Assembly (NCBI GenBank): GCA_032718475.1
Contig: JAUCBJ010001110.1
Location: forward strand, 1 to 39,803
DNA: 39,803 nucleotides
Reading direction: 5' to 3'
DNA from: Nemertoderma westbladi
Taxonomy: Eukaryota; Animalia; Xenacoelomorpha
A model generated the notes under the pieces. The model was not told the DNA's origin. It made no database searches and saw only the letters and a program-made list of their open reading frames with translations. A program made the position numbers and the translations under genes. Below are positions 1-11,650 of the stretch, piece after piece; within the stretch, counting starts at the first letter, position 1; each line of letters opens with the position of its first letter.

Positions 1-287
1 TACTACAAACTGTAAGCTGTATACCGGTATTCCGATAGGCCTATTATATATTTATATATATTTGTGCTAAAATTATACCGGTATTCTGTGATAAACCTAG
101 TCTGTAATAATACTTATATAGTTATATATACTATAAGTATACCGGTATTCTAATATATTATATATATATCACGCTACACTGAGTAGCAGTAACGGTAATT
201 AATTACTAGGCTAGCAGTTAATACTGAGTTACTAGACTTGCTTAGACTGTAATATAGCAGTAGGCATTCAACTGTACATACCTAATC

Positions 288-3200
288 ATGTCTGATACTA
301 AGCAGAACCTGTCAGACAGTTTATTAGATGTAACTATCTGCGACTCAGATAGAGACGTACAACCGTCTGGTCGTAAATCCAGTTCACCTCCCACTGTGAG
401 GAAGGTCATCCCTCCAGTAGTAATAACAGAACCTAGGCTGGTCCAACATCGTAGATCTATCATAGGCACTCGAGCTCAGGTCAAGCGGGACCAAAAGGCA
501 GCGGAACAGCAACAACCCGCTAGTCAAGAACTTATTCCTCAGCGGCCCAGCAGCTCCAGTAGTGAGGATACTGTAGAGCTGACACCCGAGCGCGGAGCAG
601 AGATGACGGATGCGGTTTATACGGATCCCCTTCTCATCCTTCCTGCAGCCGTGCTCGCTGGGTTATTGATCGCGGTGGAAGAACACCAGATCGATTGGGC
701 GAGAAGTCAACGGTCAACTAGAGATAGCTACGCGGGATACACGAGTGAAGAACTGAAGTCTATTGTCGAGTCGCAATGGAACTTCCCCGGACCCGGACTC
801 CCGTTTGATTTATCAGAAGCTGCCTGGGAAGACATACACCGGATGGGAGTAGCCAAGGAAACCATCGATCCAGCTGTATGGAAGAGGTCCGCAGCCGGAT
901 ACGCCCAGGGATTCTTCAGCTCTATGGAGCGAGTAGAGAGACAACTGTTTCAACAACCTCAAGGACCTCAAGAGCAGGGATCGCTGCTTTATCAAGTTAG
1001 AGAAAGAGTTTTGCGGATTAGGCTAATCTTATCCGCCTTTGAGGAGGCTTCTAAAAGAAAACAAGACACGTCGTTGCAAGTTGCCGTAAAAACTTGGTTT
1101 CAACGGGTGAGTCGCCAGGTTCAAGGAGCAGCTCAGTGGAAAGCTCAGTTGGAGGAGCGCTCAACCCATGGAGAATCGACGGACGCTATTTTTTCCCAAG
1201 TGGAAAGTGAAGCGACGGCAGAGAAACCGCATAAGAAGGATGCCATTGATATCTATCTGTCAGACTATCAGCGTTTTTTGGGAGATGATGAGTTGAGGAG
1301 AAGGTTAGAGGGACTTAGCCCTAATAGCGAAGGAGCCAAACTCGTGTTAGATGCGATTGATGTGGATAGGTTAGCGGCGAACCAAGCTAAATTCGATGAA
1401 CAACTCCGCATCGCTAGAGAACAAGAAGAACAAGTAAAGAAAAAACGTATAGAAGATAGAAAGACAGCGGCAGTGGCAGCAGCAGTGGCAGAGGCAGAAG
1501 CGGAAAGAAAAGCGGCAGCAGCAGTAGCAGCGGCAGAAGCGGAAAGAAAAGCGGCAGTGGCAGTGGCAGTGGCAGAGGCCGAAGCGGAAAGGAAAGCGGC
1601 ATCGGCAGTGGCAGAGGCCGAAGCGGAAAGAAAAGCGGCATTGGCAACAGCAGAGGCAGTGGTAGAAGCCGAACGGAGGGCATCTGAAGAGGCAACCCAA
1701 CTAGAGTTGGAAATTCTTCAAGAGAAGCAAGACAACTTCAATAAACAGTTAACAGCGAGCAATATGCAGATGATGAGTCGATCTACTCCCAAGAGACAGG
1801 GGTATACATCATCTGAGGAAGGCGATACCACCGACACTGAAGGCGGAAGAAATCGATCTCGCCTAAGCAGACGTAAAAGAACATTCCACCGGCCGAAATT
1901 GCCTGATTTGCCTCCAGCTGTTAGAAGGCAACTAAATAACACCAAAGTAGGTAGTACAGAACCCACAGACCAAATAATTACAATAGAGAGACTCCCTACT
2001 ATAGTAGATGAGCCTGAAATAATTAGGCCTGTTCCCGAAGCTACCCTTTCGGTCGTAGAGACACCTGTACTCCCTGAACCTACTTCTCAATTCCCTTTGC
2101 ACAGCACTAAGCTACCTGTGCCCAGCAGAACAGTCCATGAGACAGTGCATACCCTGGACTCCGAGCGAAATATTCCAGATTTGTCGCCCGTTGTCCCTCG
2201 TCCGCCCGCTACAACGTTGGCGACTCCCGCTTCGGCGGTCGAATGGGTGGACGAGAGACGACGGGGGATGGATCTCCTGCTTGGGCAGATGCAGGAGACT
2301 GTCCAACAATTCAAGGGCACAGTAAGGGAAAGTAGGCTAGAGTTGCAAGAAGTGCAGCAAAGTATCGCGCTTGAACGCGATAAATTAGTAAACACCCAAA
2401 AGGGTATACCACCACCCTCTGTAACAATGTGTCAACCTGTTAGGTCTGAAGTATCTCATGCGCAAGGTGTGGAGCCTACACGCATCTATACTGCTAGCGA
2501 AGTAGAAACTCCTATAGTGAACCCTATTAAGGGTAATTATAGACCTGTTGATAATGATATTCCATATAGAACTGATCATAATCCGAGAAATTTATATGCC
2601 GATAACTCGATATTAAATAGCACGATGGCCCAAGAAAGTTTTACGCGTCAAATGGCTAGAACCGAAGCCCGGCAAGCGGTAAAGGTGGGAGAGATCGTTA
2701 AGTTCAATGGAGATGAGATGAAATGGTTACCTTTTAATGAATATTACAAAGATAACATACAGAACTCCGTACTATCTAATGGAGAAAAACTTAGATACCT
2801 CATCGAGTGCTTGGAAGGATCTCCCAAGTCAATGGCGTTAAAATTTATTGGACATCCAGATGGATTAAGACAAGTTTGGGATACACTAAACATCAGGTAT
2901 GGTAATAGGACTAACATAGCTAGGTATTTATATGCAAAATTAATGGCGCCCCGAAAGTTTCTTAGCAGCGGGATTATAGAGTTTTCCGATGAGATTCAGG
3001 AGATCTGTAGACAACTAGATTGGTTAGGTAAGTCTCATGAATACCAGAATTCTATGGTTGTAGGAGCCTTAGCATCTACTTTGCCCAAGGGTGGAGTAGG
3101 TACACGCTGGGACAAGAAGGTGTTATATATGATGGAACAACAACAACGAGACCCTACCATGGCTGATCTCATGTCATTCCTGGATAGCGAGGTGAAATTA

Positions 3201-5273
3201 CAGCTCATAAAGCAGTCCAGAGAGAAGACAGCGGAAAGTAAGGTAAGTGAGAAACCCGTTTCTAGGAGAAGGGTAATACCAGTATGTTATACCGACGACG
3301 GTGAAAGCCAAACTTCTCAAGGAGAGGACAGCGGGAAAGACACTGACAGATCTTATGTCAATAAAATGCCTAAAGATCAGGTAAGTAAATCCAAGTCTCG
3401 ACCCAATGACAGAAGGGAACCGGTACAAAAAACCCCTCCTACGTCTCCTAAAAGAATTCAGGTGAGAAAGCCCGAGGAAAGAACAAGTGTGCACCACACA
3501 GCACATGTTAAAGTAAGTAACATCAAGCCCAAATGTGTGCTGTGCGACGGGCCCCACCGTTTAAATGCGTGTGATAAATTCCTGAGGAAATCACTAAAGG
3601 ATAGACGTGAAGTCATGTGGGATAAGCGGTTGTGTTATAATTGCCTCAGACGAGGACACCAACGGCGAACCTGTAACTCCGACGCAAGGTGTGCAAAGTG
3701 CGGCGCAAAACATCATATCTTGTTGCACACGGAATTCGAACGAAACAGCCCGAGTCAGGTAAGTGAGTCCGAACTACATGTCCAATTCAGTGATGTGAAC
3801 GACACTGATCAATCTGAGATGGAAGGATTCTATACGGATGAGTTCTCCGACGAAAACGAATCCTGTTACTTAATAAACACCACCGCAGTGTATCGAGCAC
3901 TCATGTATGAGAAAGACACAGACAGCGACCTCACCTTAACTACTTCAGATCAACAACCATCTTGGAAAGCGACAACTTCCAATATAGGAATCCGAGAATT
4001 TCCTGTAGTCCAGTTAAGGGTTCACGGACCTAAACGGAGTTATGTAGTGAACGCCCTCCTTGACTCCGGTAGTACAGGAACATTCATCGACCAAGAGCTA
4101 GCCGAAGACATATTTGCTGGACAACCCAAGTTCCGAACTACGCTCAACATGTCAGGCATTATGCAAGTCTGGAAATCCACAATAACAGCGGATTATTATG
4201 TAGGCGCGTTGTCCACCCCCCAGGACGAACTAGGAGAACATAGCATAAGGTCAGTGAAAATGGTGGCTATAAAGAACTTCGCTACTACTCAAGCAGACCT
4301 TTATAATTGGGACGAGGATGAGAGCATCCAACATCTTAACATACCTCGATTCCAGACTGATTATCCTGGAGTGCAAATACTCATCGGCCAAAACGCGCAT
4401 GAGGCGCTGGAGACATTAGAGAAACGGCCTGCTCAACCGCAGCCACTACAGACCTATGCGGTAAGAACTAGAGTAGGTTGGTACCTTACTGGACCTTCCG
4501 GTAGAACGCTCAGGGAAAGACTGCTTCAAGATCGCGTCTGCCAGGTGAGTGAATGGGAAGATGATACTAGTGAGGGAGACGACCCAACTGAGGGAACACC
4601 ACACTCCTCAGATAATGACAATCTTAGCTCCAATGTAGATCAATGGAGATATTGCCCCAAGAAGTTTAATCCAACGGACATCGCTTCCAGAGGAGCAACT
4701 CCTCAAGAACTGACAGATACTATAGACCGGTTAGGTGAACCCGACTTCCTGAGTAAGGAGAATGAATGGCCTTCCCATCTTACTCCGACTGAGATTAGAC
4801 CAGCCAAGGGAGCGGAGAAAGTCGAACCTGAAACCCGGACGGGTGGATCGGAGTTATTTGAACCCGGGATAGATCTGTCGGTATTACATGTTGCCAGGGA
4901 CGACGCCGTGGATCTGGGCCTCCCCTCCGCGAGTGGATCCTTCATGAAGATCAGAGAGAGCGATTGGAGCTCTGGAACATCAGACGTCTCGCAGGGACTC
5001 TCACCTCTCCTGCAGAGAGCGACGGACCACTATAGCTCCTGGAATCGGCTTTGTGACGCCGTCATATACTTTGAGCGATGTTTCTATCGTCACTATTCCA
5101 GGACGAAGAGGAAACCTGGAATTGTATTCAGGATGCAGCGACTCAATCACCCAGTCGGTCGTTTGTGTTTATCGGAAGGGAATGGAGGACTCTCCGGAAA
5201 CTATGGAAGGCAAGAAACTCTTCCCACGACCACTTCCCTAATCCAACCGACATCTAGGGACTCCCCAACTTAA
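288..5273 (+). CDS. gag: BEL/Pao Gag-protease polyprotein (1661 aa) with in-frame loss of RT, most of RNase H, and integrase
   Basis: Gag core FNGDEMKWLPF...EKLRYLIECLEG; three BEL-type Zn knuckles (CVLCDGPHRLNAC, CYNCLRRGHQRRTC, CAKCGAKHHILLH); aspartic protease LLDSGS; pol remnants only (QWRYCPKKFNPTDIASRG, YSSWNRL); no YVDD or integrase DDE motif. Confidence 0.9.
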   Translation: MSDTKQNLSDSLLDVTICDSDRDVQPSGRKSSSPPTVRKVIPPVVITEPRLVQHRRSIIGTRAQVKRDQKAAEQQQPASQELIPQRPSSSSSEDTVELTPERGAEMTDAVYTDPLLILPAAVLAGLLIAVEEHQIDWARSQRSTRDSYAGYTSEELKSIVESQWNFPGPGLPFDLSEAAWEDIHRMGVAKETIDPAVWKRSAAGYAQGFFSSMERVERQLFQQPQGPQEQGSLLYQVRERVLRIRLILSAFEEASKRKQDTSLQVAVKTWFQRVSRQVQGAAQWKAQLEERSTHGESTDAIFSQVESEATAEKPHKKDAIDIYLSDYQRFLGDDELRRRLEGLSPNSEGAKLVLDAIDVDRLAANQAKFDEQLRIAREQEEQVKKKRIEDRKTAAVAAAVAEAEAERKAAAAVAAAEAERKAAVAVAVAEAEAERKAASAVAEAEAERKAALATAEAVVEAERRASEEATQLELEILQEKQDNFNKQLTASNMQMMSRSTPKRQGYTSSEEGDTTDTEGGRNRSRLSRRKRTFHRPKLPDLPPAVRRQLNNTKVGSTEPTDQIITIERLPTIVDEPEIIRPVPEATLSVVETPVLPEPTSQFPLHSTKLPVPSRTVHETVHTLDSERNIPDLSPVVPRPPATTLATPASAVEWVDERRRGMDLLLGQMQETVQQFKGTVRESRLELQEVQQSIALERDKLVNTQKGIPPPSVTMCQPVRSEVSHAQGVEPTRIYTASEVETPIVNPIKGNYRPVDNDIPYRTDHNPRNLYADNSILNSTMAQESFTRQMARTEARQAVKVGEIVKFNGDEMKWLPFNEYYKDNIQNSVLSNGEKLRYLIECLEGSPKSMALKFIGHPDGLRQVWDTLNIRYGNRTNIARYLYAKLMAPRKFLSSGIIEFSDEIQEICRQLDWLGKSHEYQNSMVVGALASTLPKGGVGTRWDKKVLYMMEQQQRDPTMADLMSFLDSEVKLQLIKQSREKTAESKVSEKPVSRRRVIPVCYTDDGESQTSQGEDSGKDTDRSYVNKMPKDQVSKSKSRPNDRREPVQKTPPTSPKRIQVRKPEERTSVHHTAHVKVSNIKPKCVLCDGPHRLNACDKFLRKSLKDRREVMWDKRLCYNCLRRGHQRRTCNSDARCAKCGAKHHILLHTEFERNSPSQVSESELHVQFSDVNDTDQSEMEGFYTDEFSDENESCYLINTTAVYRALMYEKDTDSDLTLTTSDQQPSWKATTSNIGIREFPVVQLRVHGPKRSYVVNALLDSGSTGTFIDQELAEDIFAGQPKFRTTLNMSGIMQVWKSTITADYYVGALSTPQDELGEHSIRSVKMVAIKNFATTQADLYNWDEDESIQHLNIPRFQTDYPGVQILIGQNAHEALETLEKRPAQPQPLQTYAVRTRVGWYLTGPSGRTLRERLLQDRVCQVSEWEDDTSEGDDPTEGTPHSSDNDNLSSNVDQWRYCPKKFNPTDIASRGATPQELTDTIDRLGEPDFLSKENEWPSHLTPTEIRPAKGAEKVEPETRTGGSELFEPGIDLSVLHVARDDAVDLGLPSASGSFMKIRESDWSSGTSDVSQGLSPLLQRATDHYSSWNRLCDAVIYFERCFYRHYSRTKRKPGIVFRMQRLNHPVGRLCLSEGNGGLSGNYGRQETLPTTTSLIQPTSRDSPT
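1465..1680 (+). repeat. Coding minisatellite in gag (AVAEAEAERKA units), predicted helical/coiled-coil segment
   Basis: GCAGAGGC(A/C)GAAGCGGAAAG-type units repeated about 5 times. Confidence 0.85.
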
Positions 5274-5291
5274 TATCGTTCGGAGTGGGCG

Positions 5292-5693
5292 TGTGACTCT
5301 ATTATTTTATATTATATTATTATTTTTATATTTATGTATGTATTACTATGTAATTTTATTATAATCGTTTTATTTAATTTAGTAGAATATTATTTAGCGA
5401 TTATTTTGTAGAATAGTGCAATATATTCGTGTTTATTACGTACGTAATTACTTATATTATATTTAGTGCGACGGCGAGAAATAATTATTTTTCTCTTTCC
5501 TTACTGCTCGTATTCTATTATAAATACGTAACTACAGTAAGATGAAATGTCCGTACTTATTAAAGTACAATAAAGCCACTACTATATTTAAGTATTATTG
5601 GTAGGCAGAGTATTAGGAATGCAAAGTTCAGATCCTCGTGTCTCGGCTAAATCAAGCTCTGGGTAGACCTTGGAAACGACTTGCCTCTTCACA
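5292..5693 (+). repeat. Putative 3' LTR of element A (~402 bp)
   Basis: Starts TGTGA right after the PPT-like tract and ends TCACA (5-bp inverted termini); contains TATAAATA (~5519) and AATAAA (~5569). No partner LTR in the window. Confidence 0.65.
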
Positions 5694-6745
5694 CTGACAT
5701 TGCTTCGTGCGATATTGCTCTCATACCGTATATTAAATAATACATATAGTAGCGTGATGTCCCTTTAACAGTAGCGTATAACGCAAAATAAATCTGTTAA
5801 ACCCTTTGACCATCTGTAATTCTGGTCGATTAAGATATCGTGGCACCCACCGATATTCTTAAAAAGACAATTGTCATAGAATTAAGGATCTTGTGTCCCC
5901 AGACATATTCTAGAATCAAAATATGTCAATTTAATTATCAAATAATAAAATTTCAGGGAATAAATTTAAATTCATGCCTTTTAATGAATTTAATAAATTG
6001 CCATTTTTACGCAATTTATAACATTCCCAAAATTCCATTAATTAATAGATCAAGGGAGCGGAGATTTATCTTATTATGTGTATGAGTGTGCGAAAGTCTC
6101 CCAAACATAGTTAATAGCCGATAAAATTCGTAAAGTCATGTATAAACAGGACATTGACTATTAAAGAATTACTATTAAATAACATCCCAGATCTGTATGC
6201 ATTGGAATCACCCTAATTCTACCGCTAGCTTTGCATAATGTCACCATAGCAACAACCACGCTAGAATTAGAATTGAGTTAAAAGAACAATAGAAAGCTTG
6301 TCCCATTGAATAGCATAGGGAATAAATAGTGCACTGATAGTATCCAAGGATACATAATAATACAGTGACATTCTGGAAGGCATTGACTAACGGACAAGTG
6401 ACCCGAGTGTGTGTAATTTGTGACAAGTTGTGTGTGTGGTACTTGTGAGTTTATAGGCGAATGTTACTACTAAGGTGTGTTTACAGTAGCTAGTCGCAAT
6501 CGTAAAAGTAACTTAACTCTCCAAGGAAAACCTGAAGTACATCTAAGTCTTTGGGACGGACAGTCGAGTGACTTGTGTCGGTTGTCGTTGTCGTTGTGCG
6601 GCTACGTCGTTGGCGAAAGTACAGCGGCGACGACACATCGGCGCTGAGGATCTCGTACTGTCCGGGGTTGATTGGGGTAGGCAGCGACGCCCGCTCGCCT
6701 AAATATAAACTCATTATAATATGGATAAACTCATATATAGCAGAT

Positions 6746-8078
6746 ATGACGGAGTTGATAGAAGATGGTCTTGGTATCGGGGAGCGATATACTCTATTTT
6801 TGCAAACGTTTGTTGATAGCTTAATACGCGGCGACGTTAGTCCAACTGCTGCGGAGGACTATGGTCGTTATATCGAACCGCCAATGTCCCAAGAGCAGCC
6901 CGCGCGCGAGTTGGACTATAGAAAATTCGCTGCTCGATATACGCAGCGTAATGGTACGTATATGGTCTTCTTAACCACTGGTCATCCTATCGATTTACAC
7001 AATACGGACTATGTCGACTATATATCCTGCCCAGCGGAGTAGGAACCATAAACTGAAATTCGAATGCGAAAATTCTATTCGAAATCGACTCGAAAGAAAA
7101 GACACTAAAGAAACAAATAAACGCGGTAACTCCAACGTATATTTGGAATTCTTGATAGAAGCATTGTAACAACAAATAAATATCACCCGCGTTACCCCTA
7201 CCAGATGTGCGTCTTTGGTATTATTACGATAAATGCCCTAGATCCAGCCAATAAACGGAAAGACATAAACATCCACGGAAACGTTGTGTTAAACACAGTT
7301 GTGCTCGTTATATTTACTGGAGTTTCGAGCGAAACTTGTTTGACGTACCACCTATGCTCACTCGGCTCGAACGATCCTGGAGTAAACCTACGATCAGAGT
7401 CCCGGAATACTCGGTCAAACCTCCTCATTCCTTAGTTGGACCTCAGACCTGCGATCCTGGTGGTGTCGCGGATCCTCGTGGACTGTATTCACTGTTCAAA
7501 GATCTAGTGCTACCCTAACAATTAATCGGTAACACTCCGACAGTGATTTCTAGCTAGCCGCCCATCTTACTTAGCCGGATTGTGATGCGGACACCTAATA
7601 TCACTATCCTACCGTATGGTCGTCCCCGTTTAACGCGATACAACCCTTCATCAAGGTGAAGGAGAGTTTTGTACGAAACGAGTTAAACGTGATTCTATAA
7701 AGATCAAAAAGGAAACCTGCGTTTGTTCAGATAAACGTAAGTTATAACAGTAAGTCCAATCGATAAACGAATTAGCCTTATCTCGGTTCGATTGGGAAAT
7801 CTCGAATCTCTAAGAAGATATCAAGCTTAGAAAACCCTATTCTCTGCGAGAGTTTTGGACGAACATATCCCATGACAAGCGGAGGAAAATCAGCTCGAGG
7901 AGAAGCATATCGAAATGGACGAGACACCGACCGTAAACCCAAACCTTTTAATGCAATCATATTGCACCCTTCACCCAGGAGTTATGGCCCTCCTAGTAAA
8001 GTGGCTTCCCCCAAAGAGAAAATGACTCTTGCTAGCTTTAAAAAACTGCGTAAACGCCGTCCGCGCAAGAAAGACTAA
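6746..8078 (+). pseudogene. Decayed ORF of unknown function in the 3' internal region of a probable LTR element
   Basis: GC-richer stretch of successive open frames (MTELIEDGLGIGERY..., LPLPDVRLWYYYDK..., ...KKLRKRRPRKKD) broken by stops and frameshifts, lying just before a PPT/LTR. No recognised domain. Confidence 0.35.
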
Positions 8079-8156
8079 CTGTTTAGAGTATCTTTATGTT
8101 TTAGAAACTGTGATTTTTATATTTTATAGACTGAAAATCCCATTTTCTGGGAGCGG

Positions 8157-8805
8157 TGTAAAAGCTTTTGCTGAATTGTCCGGTTATTTTTCCTTATTTT
8201 TCCCGTAAAATACTCTGTAGTTGGTTTACCAGGCATAAAAGGGCCGTGTCCTTGCTGTACTGGTGTTTTAGCGGACATAAAAGCTATTTCTTCTGTATTT
8301 GTACTTTAGAGGACATAATCCGTAATTCCGTGACGTAAAAGCTCGATACTCTTGAAAACAGTGTCGCTACCATGACGACGGCTAGCAGCTGATATTGCCA
8401 CGTCGACGTTTCTTTGTTTCTCTGTTCTCTCGTTGTTCAGGTTGACCAATCAGAGCGTTTGTTATCTCTGTGTTGGAGGTATATACAGAAACTCAGTAGT
8501 TCAGTGTTATGTTTTTTGCCCAGAGCCTAAGAACCGGCTTTGGCACCTCCGTGTTTCAGTTTTTAGTCTTACACTAGTAGGTTTAATTACAAGGACATAT
8601 ATCCTTTAACTGCTAACTGATCATACATACTGACTGCTGAAACATTGCAAACTCATAACAATCAGTGTTTTCATTGTTGTTTTATACTGCTATTTACCGT
8701 CAGTTCTTCATAATATGGTTGATGAATTATTATATTTGGAATAACGATAAATAACCCCGAAACCCAATATTCTTGATATACCGAAGGTAAGAGAGAAGGG
8801 TTACA
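8157..8805 (+). repeat. Putative 3' LTR of a second LTR element (alternative right end 8573)
   Basis: GGGAGCGG then TGTAA; CCAAT (~8446), GTATATA (~8479), and TCAGTAGTTCAGTGTTAT resembling the TCAGTTATCTCAGTGTTAT of the 19528 LTR. TTACA ends possible at 8573 or 8805. No TSD, so not a solo LTR. Confidence 0.45.
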
Positions 8806-10641
8806 GATAAACGATTGTGACTTATGTTAAAGTGGTTTGAAGTGAATCTAATGTTATTTGATAGACCCTACATGAGTCAGTCTGTGTTCCTTTTATATGT
8901 GACTAAAATCAGTGAAGATTGGCAGATTAGTGTGCAGTATTGTGCAGCATTGTGTATGAGTGAGTCTGTTAAAGAAGCAATTCCTAAAGAATGCGCCATA
9001 TATGTGAATTATAATTAAGCCATATCGTTGTGAGTAGTTTAAGTCATAACTCTGTTTATATAGATAAAGCGCCACGTCCTAAAGGAACTGTTAATATTCC
9101 CGAAGGTGAATAATATTGTCAGAGATTATATAATACTGTCAGTCGAATAATACATTAGGCTTACATAGCAATAAAATTAAACCGTCGAACCCAATCTCCC
9201 GGGAATATCCAGCGGGTGAATGATCGCGCACAGATTGGTTTCGACTAGTGTAGTGAATCAAATACTTGACATAGACTAAAAACCGATTTAATATCTAGAA
9301 GACATCTTAATTTGGTGGGTTAAACTGCCAAAGGTCTGAAAGCGCGAACAGGATTTCTTAAAATAAAATTTCTAACAAAATACATTGTTGTGTATAAACA
9401 CACATGTAACATGCGTGTGTTCTAAAAAACGAAATTTTATATGTGATAGTTTATTAGAAGCGACTTAATTAGGGATTATTAATATATAATAAAATATTTA
9501 CATCTCTTAAATGGGAAGTTACACTTTAAATTGATTTTATATATAGTGGCGTGTAAGTGCGTTCGTACGACGTATTTGCTTTTATGTTGGACAATTACCA
9601 GTGGTACAATTGTGGTACACATTGGTACATTGTGGTACAAAATATAACATAAGAAAACTGGCGTATCGAGCATTCCAAATATGTAAAACAATAGAAATTT
9701 AGTTTACAAATAGCTGAGATACAGATGTTTGAAAATACTAAGGTTCCTGTATATTTTAAGTAAGCTGATATATCTAGTCTGAGAAAAGCAATCCACTTGC
9801 ATCCATTTACATCCAATGCAATCTGTTTGAACCCGCAGGGCGTCTTTCAGCGTGGAATTCCACCATCTCGCTATACTGTAATGTGGATTCATTGTGGATA
9901 TTCATAGTGAAAAAATTTCGTTGAAAAATTTATTTTGGTGTTTGTATAATTTTATTTGGGGTGACTTTATATTATTTGGTGTCGAATACTTTTTATGGGG
10001 TCACATTATTTATTTTGGTGTAATATAATTATTTTTGGTGAAATTTTCATCAATTTGGGATGACTTTAATTGGTAGCCTTTTATAAATGGTGATTAAATT
10101 AATATATATCCGTGAGAATTGTACATCAGAGATTCGTGTTTGTAAACCAATAGGCAGATAATCGTAATATTAAATACGATAAATATTTCTTGCCAATAGC
10201 TCAGCCTAAGCAATCATAATAATAATGGACCTTGTATAGCAAAGTTGGCGAACAGTGCCTGTTAACCTAGCAACCAATATGATGGGAGTGGTTTACATGT
10301 CAACCCACCACCCCTCCCCCCTTGCCCTTTCCCCTGTCCAAGGATTATATGCCACCATCTGGCACAGCTTATCAGAATAGCTATACTAATAGCCAATCAG
10401 CATTCCTTATATCTTCAACTACTTATCAGCAGTAGGAATATCTAATATCGTTTGTTTAACATTGAGTAAGGCGGCGTCAGGGGTTGAAGAGTAAAATTAT
10501 TGGATTCACAGTAACTATGGACGCAATATATTAAAATACTACAGTTCAATTTATTTTGTAACACTATATCGTTCTATATTTTAATTAAAGAATTTTAAAA
10601 TTACTTAATTAATTAATTAAAGAAAAATTAATGAAAGAAAC

Positions 10642-11100
10642 GTACCACTAGTGTGGGGCGAGCCACGAAGTGAGTGAGCCTTAGCGTAGTGGTACCATTA
10701 ATCAACCTGTCGTTCTGTCGTTCTGTCGTTCTGTCGTTCTGTCGTGTTCAATTTTAAACGTTAATAACTCGGCCAATCTTTGATGAAATCTATCCAAACT
10801 TGGTACACATGTTGTTTGGCAAAAGTTTAGAAATTTTCCAAGTAGAATTTCCGTGTGGCCTTCGAGAAGCTAAGATAATAGCAGTTAATTAGTTAATTAA
10901 GTTGATTGCGGTGAAAACGCCATTTTCAACCTGCCTTTTAAAGGAAATTAATTGTTTTACAGTATAAGATTTAAATAATTATACTTAAAAATTATACAGA
11001 TATAATCCCCATACGCCATTCTATTATAGTTTTTAATTAGTTTAAGTGATTTGCTTTAATAAATGTGTCTTTAATTGATCTAAACGTAATTAAACCGCAC
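10642..11100 (+). mobile_element. Helentron-associated non-autonomous element (HINE/DINE-1-like); 3' end uncertain
   Basis: Short inverted repeat GTACCACTA/TAGTGGTAC (10642-10695), (CTGTCGTT)x~5 microsatellite at 10707-10746, then AATAACTC...ATGAAAT...AAACTTGGTACACA core typical of such elements. Confidence 0.55.
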
Positions 11101-11650
11101 AATTATTGAGTACAAATTTAATCCTTCCCATTATTGGTCAAGTCTCTGCTGGTGTGGAGCTAGCTGACTGGGAGTTGTGGCTGTAGACTGAGAGGAATTG
11201 TAATAGAGGCAACCAGTATTGCTATTCCAGCCCAATCACTGAATTGTGTTTATTATAGGCTGGACGGGCCGCATAACCGTTCGACTATTACTACTATTGC
11301 TATCTCAGTTAAATGACAGATATAATAACATAAATACAATCCATGGCATGGCTGTTGTAGGCTTCTGAAATAGTTTATTCCACAATGTATATGTCTGGTT
11401 ATTTTTTAATTGAATTTTTGCAAAGTAGTAAAATTAATGTTCTTAAAAATAATATTATTATTTTATATGTAACCTAGGAAATTAGCTACATTTTTTCGCT
11501 GCAGCTTTAAGAGTGTACATTGATTTAATATTATTTCAATACCCATATTACTACATCGGCATAAGATGCGTTGGCGTTGTATCACACATCTCCACATAGA
11601 TGTATCAACAGTTACTCGCACAGTTTCGAAACTTCGCATAGTTATAACTG

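Larger units (their letters stand above)
1..5693 (+). mobile_element. BEL/Pao LTR retrotransposon derivative (element A), non-autonomous Gag-protease type; 5' LTR outside window
   Basis: Long Gag-PR ORF followed directly by a purine-rich tract (GGAGTGGGCG, 5282-5291) and a TG...CA bounded LTR-like segment. Confidence 0.85.

Noticed and set aside
1371-1700. Cys-rich and Leu/Pro-rich minus-strand ORFs
   Set aside because: Antisense shadows of the gag minisatellite.
9595-10070. TGGTACA and TTATTTTGGTG short repeats
   Set aside because: Low-complexity, degenerate; no boundaries or TSD found.
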